Positions 55,111 to 64,000 of a stretch of DNA of 64,000 nt are shown here, piece by piece. Positions within the stretch are counted from its first letter, which is position 1. The number at the start of each line of letters is the position of its first letter. Under the pieces are notes generated by a model that did not search any database, was not told the DNA's origin, and was given only the letters and a program-made list of their open reading frames with translations. Made by a program: the position numbers and the translations under genes. Source of the DNA: an uncultured Hormoscilla sp. (GTDB lineage: Bacteria > Cyanobacteriota > Cyanobacteriia > Cyanobacteriales > Desertifilaceae); assembly GCA_963921275.4 (NCBI GenBank), contig OZ001293.3, forward strand, positions 6,272,001 to 6,336,000. Reading direction: 5' to 3'.

Positions 55111-57293
55111 ACTGTCTGCCAAAAGATTCTGGCAAAACAGCCAAAATGCTTTTTGCTGTAGCATTACCTAGTTCTTTGGGCTCCAGTTTGTGAAGCCCGC
55201 CCCCATATACTCGACCCTCACCTGCCAATATTTCTGGGGATATCTCCTGGAGAGCTTGCCACACAACTTTGACAAGCTGCCGATTTATGTTGAGGATTTT
55301 CTCCAGGTTTGGTTTTGGGTAAAGCATCAGATACACATTGGCTGCTGTCGCCCGACTGTGATTCAATATAAATCGGAATGTGAGACCAGTTTTTTGGCCT
55401 TTACGCCCCATATAAGTACAAAGGAACCTAGAAGCAGGACGGTTCTCTTGTAAGTACCAAGGACATCTATGTCTGCACAAATACCGCTGACTATATCCGG
55501 CTTTTACACCTAAAATAAGGTAATTCCAAAGTGCTGGATACTTAGATTTTACCTCCGCTTCTGGCAAATGGCATGCTAGCAAAAATAGTTGCCGATCGAC
55601 CAGGGGATTCCCAGCCAGATCTGCTGCTATCTCCTCTACTGAGAGGTATCGGGGACTGGGTAAAATTGGTTTCAAGAATTCCTCTGGCAGTTGATAGCGA
55701 TCGATCTGTTCTGGGGTGAGGATAAAGAACTGATTTGCCCCGGTTGCTGGATGGGGTCGAGCCGGGAATCGCTTCCCGACCCTCCCTTGAGGAACCGGAC
55801 TTGCGATTTTCACCGCATCCGGCTACTGGGTACTAGGCCCTTTTCATAGGTAGACTTAATAGGAATTACTTCCGTTAGCCCTTGCCGCCTGTCTTTTCTT
55901 CCCTTTCCTGGTTTAGCGAGTGGTTGTTCTGATAACCGTTAGTATCACCATTTTCAAGTCAGTTTTACCAGTTATCCATACCTTATCCTCCACTTGCGTT
56001 TCGGATTAGTTCCGTGGCTTTTTAGGATTACTCATTCCAGCAGCTTCCTAGTATCACCGACCCACGTCAGCGCTGGCTACCCAGCATCATCTACATTACT
56101 GTAGATGTTATCCCAGGAATTACCCCGGGCATTCGCTTCTTGGGCCATCCCTCCCCCCGTGGCTTGCGCTTAACATCTAACTTGTCCTGATGGACAGCAC
56201 ACGAGAGGTTACTTCGTTCCCTAACAACATTTCGCGATACCTTTAGGTCCACACTATACCCCGGGAGCTATTTGAGTACTATATTAGCCAGAGTCTAAAA
56301 CTAATACTAGCTACCATTTCCTTTTTAGGCCAGCGCATATAGCCTTATTTCGCTGGTTCCTTATAACGAGGCTTGCACATGTTTGCCTGCTCTAACCTTG
56401 GATATCTTTCCTAGCGGCGTCACCGGCTTAGGCTGCCAGTTATCCTACATTTGAGTCCTCGCTTAGCACCACGATGATGTCGCTTCGTAGCACCGAGGAC
56501 CGGTGTCACCCCCGTACCTGGGGGGAGGGGAATTTAACCCCCATGCGGTCAGAGTTCCCGGCTAATGAAACCGGGCTAGCGTTCCGTGTTTGACCACGTT
56601 AGGCTAGAACGAATCGCACAAACCCCGCTTGATTGTGAATAGGTCGGATAACTTGAGGGACATGTCATCGCGACTAAATAAATATTCCTCGATCTGTTTT
56701 CCGTAATTTACATCCATAAACTCACTATGAATCAGCCATCCAGCAATAGCATTTTCAGCCATCCAGGCATCTGCTTTGCAGAGAAAATAGCAGTACATCC
56801 CCGCTAATTGACTAAGTTTTATTCCCACTGTTTGATAGGTAATGTTTTGCAGTCGCTGCTTCTCAGTATTGGTCAAATGGTGATGTCTGACATAGGGAGG
56901 ATTGGCAATGATTAGGTTAAATTTTGTGGCGTCAGAACTTGGCGGCGTGGCACGGGTAAAATCGTCAATTTTTAGCTTTAATGGCCTATCTTGCCAAAAC
57001 TCAGACGCTTGCAACCCATAGTCTGGAGAAATTTCATAGCCAACCGCCTCAGCAATCTGTGAAGAAGGAAATGTTTTTAGTAAAGCAGAGTAGAATGAGC
57101 CAGTACCAAAAGCAGGATCCAGAAAGCGAATGTCTCCTGGCAACAGTGCTTTGGCGTATTCTAGCATATCTGTTGCTAGGGCCGTCGGTGTCGCAAATTG
57201 ACCGAGTTTGTTTCTTGAGTGGCGTGTTTTCCTGGAGTCAAGTTCTGCTTGAAGCTGGAGGCGCCTCAATTCAATATTGTTTATTTCTACCAT
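55109..57293 (-). CDS. N6-adenine DNA methyltransferase (Eco57I/gamma-type, 437 aa) split by intron A4; exons 57293-56620 and 55748-55109
   Basis: GQFATP, LDPAFGTG, NPPY; the spliced junction gives IKRG-LATGANQFF. Confidence 0.85.
55749..56619 (-). mobile_element. ORF-less group II intron, copy A4 (871 nt)
   Basis: Same sequence as A1-A3; IBS1 GGGTTT. Confidence 0.93.
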
Positions 57294-57296
57294 TGT

Positions 57297-58260
57297 TTAC
57301 AAGCCAAAATCTGCTAAGTCGTCTATGCGATGTTCCCACACCCAGTCAATGCCTTCGGCAGCTTCGTAACCTAAATAACCACTGTCGAAGTAGCCGCAAA
57401 GAAATAGAACAAAGCGGACCAGATCGCGGTAAGTGTTAATCAATTGAGCTACTTTAGTTGCTTCTTCCTTGCGTCGCTTGTTCGGATTAATAAAATCACC
57501 AGCACATTTGGCTTCAATAAGTAGTGGAAAGTCGCCAGAAGTAGAGTGGAAAGGCATAATCACAACGTCAATGGGGAGCTTGATGTTTTTAGTGCGTCCC
57601 CGTTGAATCGCTGGGAGGTTAACTCGAAAGGAAAAGGAGCCAGGATTCATCCCATCTCCGGGAAACTCTTTGCTTACCTTAAGGTAAGAATAGCCTCGCC
57701 CTTCTAGCCACTGTTTAATGGTAGCAAGCTGTCTTTGCTCTTGTGAATTGCGAATAATTGGGTCAGCTACCGCACCACATAAACGATCGGCAACAATTGT
57801 TGCTGCCCGATAAATCTCTGCATTGGTTGGGCGTCTGTTGATTATCCAACCACGGAAAGATGTCTTTGTCAGCTAGGCGTGTAATTATCTGACCAATGCG
57901 CTCCAGATCGGTATCAACTGCTGTTCGTTCCATCCGAGGTGGAATTCGCTGGTTAACTTCCATAGTTTTGACTAGGTTAGGGGAGACTCCAGCTAGACCG
58001 ATGAGGCGATCGCGGGCAATGGGTGGTGCTGTAGCCATGCGCAGCATAGGTAGCACAGAGGGATATTGCCTCAGCACAGCTGACGTGATGTTAGTCAGAT
58101 TAGCCGTCTGCGCCAAAGCCGACTCAACTTGCTTAGTAGTTTCAACGCGAGTGTCGCGGTATGCTAAGGGAGCAAATTGCATGAACCAATTGTTGTAAAA
58201 GTCTACCGATTGAGCAATATCTGACTTCCATCGATGGGGCTTATCCGCGTTTACTGCCAT
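57297..58260 (-). pseudogene. XamI-family type II restriction endonuclease with a +1 frameshift near 57830
   Basis: MAVNADKPHRWKSDI..., PPIARDRL; shifted frame DRLCGAVADPIIRN...IEAKCAGDF..KRRKEE. Confidence 0.82.
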
Positions 58261-58517
58261 AATCTACCTAATTCAATCGATTCTGTATAATGCGGATTAA
58301 CCTACTGCTGATTTATACTTCCAGAAGACACAAGGTGATTGAGTTACTGCGTCTTTTTTACCCATTACATTAGGATAAATTTATAAATTTATCCTACTAT
58401 ATAATCTTTTTATTCATCATTTCTTTTACTATACTCCGAGCGGCAAGGACTTGCGTTTTTTGCGCCCCAGAGGCGAAAAGGCGAAAACCCCTTCTGTGTC
58501 TTGGTTTAGGCGACCAA

Positions 58518-58636
58518 AGCTGGCCAAGGAACAAGGCTGCACTGTCTTGATGGTAACTCATGACCCCAGGATTATCGATGTGGCCGATCGGGTTGCTTAC
58601 CTGGAAGATGGTATCCTCAAGCCAGAACGTTCTTAG
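58518..58636 (+). repeat. 119-bp duplicate of the ABC ATPase 3' end (54941-55059)
   Basis: LAKEQGCTVLMVTHDPRIIDVADRVAYLEDGILKPE in both copies; mostly synonymous differences. Confidence 0.92.
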
Positions 58637-58713
58637 GTCTCCCACAGATGTAGATGATAGATGTGCTGTGATTTTAGGAGATCGCCAAATCTGCAGTTTA
58701 GAGGCGCGACGGC

Positions 58714-59472
58714 TTACTTCCTCCTCAAAAAACCATTCCAATTCCACGTGGCATTGAATCCAAACATATCCGTATAGCGGGAATCAACCCAGTAATCCTT
58801 GCCGTAAACCTCCATCACTTTTTCCAGTTCCTTGAGTTTCCCCATCCCAAAGGGAATATACTCCATATCCTCAAACAAACCCATCCCCGATACTGCTGGA
58901 GAATCGGGGTTGGTATCCTCAACAATGAAATAGTCGCCGCTTTGCATCCCTTTGTGGAAAAATTCTAACGATCCTATGATGTTAATATGAGCATCTTCAA
59001 TTACCAGCCAGGGATGAGGACACTTTGCTAACAACTGTTCGGGGAAAACCAGCTCGATTTTATTGATATCGCCTTCTATGAAGGTAATTTTGGGGTGATT
59101 TTTAACGATATCTTCGGGAAGACTGCTATCGATATCAACGGTGTAGATATGTCCTGCAATTTCTAAGGTATTCAACAAATCTCCCATCCACAAAGCAGTT
59201 CCGCCAGTATAGGTTCCTAATTCAAAGATGGTTTGAGGGGAAACTTCGGATATTAATTGTTGGTAAATAACCAGATCGAGCGGATCTTTGAAAACTTCAA
59301 CGCCTCTCCAATGGCTCATATATTTCCCACCAGAGATCGATTGAATGGCCGCGAAGGGGAGATCGCTGCGATGCTCTCGTTGAGAAAATTCTACAAAACG
59401 GTGACGCTCTTTGTTTGCTAAAGAGGACTGCACTCGTTCTTTGAAGGTTTGATAATCTGTATCGTCTTTCAT
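58714..59472 (-). CDS. CmcI (cephalosporin hydroxylase) family methyltransferase
   Basis: WRGVEVFKDPLD, FELGTYTGG, VIEDAH, GDYFIVED. Confidence 0.85.
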   Translation of the reverse strand: MKDDTDYQTFKERVQSSLANKERHRFVEFSQREHRSDLPFAAIQSISGGKYMSHWRGVEVFKDPLDLVIYQQLISEVSPQTIFELGTYTGGTALWMGDLLNTLEIAGHIYTVDIDSSLPEDIVKNHPKITFIEGDINKIELVFPEQLLAKCPHPWLVIEDAHINIIGSLEFFHKGMQSGDYFIVEDTNPDSPAVSGMGLFEDMEYIPFGMGKLKELEKVMEVYGKDYWVDSRYTDMFGFNATWNWNGFLRRK

Positions 59473-59524
59473 GGGTGTGACTGTTTCTTGTTAAATCAAA
59501 CTTTGCCAACGACCGCGGGAGCAA

Positions 59525-60502
59525 TTATTTGGGAGTTGCAAAAATTTCTGGATTCAGCAAGCTCCCTGGGCGACGGTTTTCTAGAAGATCGCGAATCACT
59601 TGCAATGCTTCTCGATCGAGCCGGATATCTGCTTCCCGAGTATAGTAGGCAAAATGGGGTGAGAGAATCACGTTTTCCATCTGTAGCAATGGATGGTTGG
59701 GAGGTAAAGGTTCTTGCGAAAAGACATCTAACCCCGCTCCGGCAAGGCGATCGCCCTCCAATGCTTCAATGAGTGCGACTTCCTCTACCACTTCTCCTCT
59801 AGCAACATTCAACAGAAAGGCTGAAGATTTCATTTTTGCAAAGGACTCGCGATCGATTAGATTTTTAGTTTCTGGTGTCAGACAACAGTGAATCGAGATA
59901 AAATCGGAACGGGTTAAAAGTTCGTCGAGTTCGACAAATGCGATCGCTTCAACGTCTGCCGATTCCTGCGATACATAAGGATCGTACCCGAGGATATTCA
60001 TATCGAAACCGCGACACCGCCGAGCCATTGCTTTTCCTGTCCGACCGCAACCTACTAACCCGATAGTTTTACCAAAAACATCGGTTCCTGCATACTGAAA
60101 ATCCGGCCACAGCCAACTTTCCCTTCGCATTTTGCCATCGAGCTCGACGACTTTTCTCGCTAAAGCCAACATTAACCCAAAGGTAAAATCAGCAAGGGTG
60201 TTTGTCCCGTAGTTCGGACAGTTGACGACTGGAATATTGTACTCTGTGGCTGCATCAATATCGATATTATCTACCCCAACACCCCACATGATAATGCCTT
60301 TTAAGGCTTTAGCAGTTTCGATTACTTTGCGCGTGACTTTAGCATAGCAAACCACCAGTAGTTCGGCATCGCCAATATGACCGATGATTGTTTCTTCGCG
60401 ATCGTCTTCTGTGGCGACAACGTTTGCTATTTCATTTAACTCTTCAGCCACATGGCGAAGCATATACATATTGGCATCCGTTGTCACAATTTTTGGTTTC
60501 AT
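59525..60502 (-). CDS. D-isomer-specific 2-hydroxyacid dehydrogenase
   Basis: GVGVDNID, GLVGCGRTG, NVARG, LDVFSQEP, SPH. Confidence 0.92.
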   Translation of the reverse strand: MKPKIVTTDANMYMLRHVAEELNEIANVVATEDDREETIIGHIGDAELLVVCYAKVTRKVIETAKALKGIIMWGVGVDNIDIDAATEYNIPVVNCPNYGTNTLADFTFGLMLALARKVVELDGKMRRESWLWPDFQYAGTDVFGKTIGLVGCGRTGKAMARRCRGFDMNILGYDPYVSQESADVEAIAFVELDELLTRSDFISIHCCLTPETKNLIDRESFAKMKSSAFLLNVARGEVVEEVALIEALEGDRLAGAGLDVFSQEPLPPNHPLLQMENVILSPHFAYYTREADIRLDREALQVIRDLLENRRPGSLLNPEIFATPK

Positions 60503-60533
60503 TCTCGTGCTTTGCCTGCTCCGATAACAACAA

Positions 60534-61259
60534 TTAAGGTTTTTTACAAATTAATACTCGCCGCCAAGAAGTGGCTTCATCAAACGCCGAACCCAACAAA
60601 TCTCCGTAGCGTTCGACGATTTTAAATCCCGTTTCCGCGAGCTGTTCTTCTAGGCGATCGGGAGAATAGAGAAACTCATCGCACATAACTTCTGTCCGTT
60701 CAAAGCCTTCCGAACCAGCCCGAAAAATATGCCATGCTTCTCGCCAACAATTGTCTGTTTTTGAGCTTTGGATCACCACAACAATCGAGCGATCCTCATT
60801 GGTATGAACTTCCTGTGTTCCCTCGCTATTCTTGACTTCTACTAAATGATTTGGTAATTCCAGAAAAAGCATTCCTCCCGGCGTTAAATGTTCGTAAGTA
60901 CGTTGCAAACATTCTCCAATCTCTTCATTGTTTTGCAGGAGGACTAAGGTGGAACTTAAAATTAGAATTGTCTCAAAACTTTTTTGAAGATTGTACGATC
61001 GCATATCCCCTTGATGCAGTTTTAAGTTAGGCTCTTTCCCCTGAGTCACCTTAATCATTTCTTGGCTAATTTCTAGCCCTTCAATTTTAAACCCCTTCTG
61101 CTTTATCGGAATGGTAAATAACCCAGAGCCGCATCCCAGTTATAAAATCTCTTGCGGTTTATATTTCTGTAAAATATCAATCACAAAAGGAACTTTTTCG
61201 TTGATATCCGTATATACCAAATCGTAAGCATCATTGATGTTATCGTAGGTCGTCATCAT
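60534..61259 (-). pseudogene. Class I SAM methyltransferase with an in-frame TAA at 61140-61142
   Basis: MMTTYDN...EIL*LGCGSG...QGDMR...LTPGG. Confidence 0.85.
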
Positions 61260-61365
61260 CTTACCTCATTCTTGCAAAAATAAACTTTTTTCTTCGGTAC
61301 TTGCTTGAACTGTCAGTTTATAGGAACGAAGCCTTGCGTAGCAAGGCTGGAGGGCATTATAGCTC

Positions 61366-62532
61366 TTATTTTGTGAAGTAATCGCGCAAGCGGTCAATTC
61401 CTTCATTATAGCGATCGTTACAAAAACTGAGCCTCAAACCATTGGGAATGCCAAAATCCGTACCGGGTACTGTGGCAACGTAGACAGTCTTGGCAATGTC
61501 TATTACCAGTTCTTTAGAAGAGTTCATCCCTTTTTCTTTCACCCAGCGATCGCAATCTAAGACAATATAAAATCCTCCTTCGGACTTGATTGGATCGCAC
61601 CCCGTACCTTTCAGTTGAGCATAAGAATATTCCGCGCGAGACTTATAAATCTTTGTCAATTCTTTCGGTGCTTCCAAATCCTGTAAAGCTGCGATCGCGC
61701 CGTACTGATTCACCGGATCGTGAGTCAGGAGAGTATGTTGCTGCACGATCCGCATCGGCATCACCAACGTATCTGGTAAAATCGCATACCCTACCCGTTT
61801 AGTATACATCCGAAATCCCTTGGAAAACGCATTTGTAACGATATTGACATCCCTGAATTCATCAAGATAAGCCAGAGGAGATTTATACTCGTCATAAAAC
61901 AGAGTATTATTGTAAATCTCGTCATTCATGATATAGAAACGCCCAGCAATGATGCGATTTATTTCCTGAATTTCCTCTTGACTAATCACATTACCCAAGG
62001 GGTTGCCCGGATTATTTAAAACGACGACCGCCGTTCGATCGGGCTTGTAGTTTTTCTTGAACGAATCAAAATCAATCTTCCGGCTTTGATAATCAATATC
62101 ATAATAAGATATCTCAGCCCCCGCTAAAATTGCACTCAGCAAGTAAAGACAATAATAGGGCTTTGGCAGTAAAATTTCTTGACCCGGTTGACACAAGAGT
62201 TGAAAAAGATTCCTGAAAATCGAACTTGTTCCTACATTGACAATGACATTCTCAGATTTCGCGTTCATATGGTATTGGTCATTGTAGTAGTTGGCGATCG
62301 CTTGCCTCAATTCCGGGATTCCTTGAGGGAAGACACGATGATTTTTTTGGAAATCAAAGATTGTATCGGCAAATACTTGACGCACTTTTTGAGGAATTTC
62401 CAACTCAGAAATCCCAATTGTTAGCTTGATGACATCCTTCTGATTTGCTAATAGCTCATCAGCGAATTCATCCAGTACAAACATCTGAAATTCTAGTTCT
62501 GAGGCCGAAAGTTACTTAATATTCTTTACCAT
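61366..62532 (-). pseudogene. Class I/II PLP aminotransferase; in-frame TAA at codon 7 (62512-62514), alternative ATG at 62484
   Basis: NNPGNPLG, DEIY, AFSKGF..R.GY, VPG..FG; RBS before 62532. Confidence 0.7.
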
Positions 62533-62699
62533 TTTACTCTTCCTAATTTTCTTGTCGTTTTGCTCTTCAATAATCCTGGCTGATTCAGGATTATTAATTT
62601 CAGGTTCGACTTGAAATTCTGAGAACATTCAAGTATTCAGTTTGCCGAACATTTTCATTATACCATTGAGGCGTTTGTTAAATAACTGTTGAGGGTTAT

Positions 62700-64000
62700 T
62701 TATTTCTTCCGATAGACAATAATATGAAAGGGGGCACCTTCAAACATATATTCTTGCTGAGAAATTAAAGTCCAAGGAAGCTGAGTAAATGCCTCTTGCA
62801 TCGGTTTATTGGATAACCGTACTGTCAAAATAAATATTCCTCCTGGTTTCAACAGAGGTAATAGGTGATGTAAACCGGCAGGACTGGCATGACCATAGGT
62901 AAATACCCCTATCGCTAGAATAGCATCAAAAGACTCTTCCTCCAAGAAAGTTAGGGGTTCTTCTAAGTTTGCTTGCTGCAATGCTTTGTATACCTGCTTA
63001 TTTCTCGCAATCTCTAGCATTTCTTGAGAGAGGTCAATAGCAGTAATGTTGTTGTATCCTAATTTTGCTAATGCTTCACCGACCATTCCCGCCATTCCCG
63101 AACCTGCACCAGCATCAAGAATGGCAATTTCCTCATCAGGTGATAACTGTTTCAAAAGACTGGCTGCATTCCGAGGCATTATTTGCCAAGACTTACCAAT
63201 ATCACTTTCATAGAGTCTCGCCCAAGCATCATATTTACTTTCAATCTCTTCTGTATTCTGGTTCTCGTGTATCCAAGTCAGGCGATCGCTCACTTTTTCT
63301 GCCAGAAAGAAACTCCAGGAGAGTTCCTTCGCCGAAATTGCCTCGCAGATTCCATCGTATGCTGCACTCAGGGAAGGATATTGGGACTTAGCTAGCCCGG
63401 AGAGTAACTCATAGCTTTTGTGCAGATGTTCCCTTAAGTCTTTTGACTCCAATACCATCAACCCTAGCTGACTCAATTCATCTATATATTCCGAATGGCT
63501 GTATGTTGGTTCAAATAACAGGCGATCGTATACGTACTTCCGCGCTTGTTCCCCCATTTCTTTTACTGGCGTTACCAAGTCATCAAATATCAATATACCG
63601 CCTTCTTTGAGTACCCGATGGATTTCCTGCAACCCCTGATGGCGATCTGGAACTTTGCATATTGTTGCTTGACTCCATGCATGGGTAAATTCACCTGATG
63701 CAAACGGCAGGTCAGTCACCAACTCTTTCTGGAATTATAGGCGCAGTTCCCGATATTCCTTCCCCTTCGATCTGGCATTCTCTATCCGCACCTCGCTAAT
63801 ATCAATTCCCACCACTTCACATCCCGTCTGCTGGGCCAACCATACCGCCATATTTCCATTTCCGCAACCGATATTCAGAACGCGAGATGATGCATCTATT
63901 CTGCTTTTCGATAGCATATATTCATTCCAGCGCTTACTGGCTGGGACCAAGTCTTCTGCGGATACTTGGATCCCCTTCTCGAAATAGCCCCACTTCTGAC
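62700..64000 (-). pseudogene. Double SAM methyltransferase (sarcosine/dimethylglycine-MT-like plus a second MT domain); in-frame TAA at 63735-63737; 5' end outside the window
   Basis: VLNIGCGNG...RL*FQKELVTDLPF...WSQ; second domain ILDAGAGSG. Confidence 0.8.

Noticed and set aside
55749..55813. ORF-track N-terminus MKIASPVPQGRVGK of 55109-55813 and the C-termini CDSF (56604) and SAIRLV (42064)
   Set aside because: These are translations of intron sequence, not host protein.
39708..58636. RT plus near-identical repeat pairs (GH3 105 bp, ABC 119 bp) as a diversity-generating retroelement
   Set aside because: The RT has X and HNH domains inside a complete group II intron, and the repeat differences are not adenine-specific.

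Overview
Cyanobacterial chromosome segment (abundant HIP1 GCGATCGC; thrS, mutL, murF, iscS-like, xisHI) in heavy decay, with many nonsense, frameshift and deletion pseudogenes, IS remnants, MITEs and REP-like palindromes. That pattern, plus a plant-type LRR/cadherin surface protein, suggests a host-associated Oscillatoriales strain (inference only). The main signal is six group II introns, five of which the ORF track cannot show. One is RT-encoding (39702-42083, in a sterol desaturase gene). Four are apparently identical 871-nt ORF-less copies (1000-1870, 2066-2936, 29915-30785, 55749-56619), and one is a diverged 835-nt ORF-less relative (27819-28653). Rebuilding the empty sites shows the ORF-less family ends in non-canonical ...ATCC and ...GACT instead of AY. 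EBS1/IBS1 pairing and an inferred gamma-gamma' covariation support these ends. Splicing would restore three genes that are hidden or mis-called in the ORF track: an antitoxin-like protein, a GTPase and an R-M methyltransferase. Also present: a XamI-like R-M islet between duplicated 3' ends of an ABC ATPase gene, a GH3/JmjC/desaturase/amidohydrolase candidate biosynthetic locus and a decaying methyltransferase/aminotransferase cluster. All calls are by eye; no searches were run.
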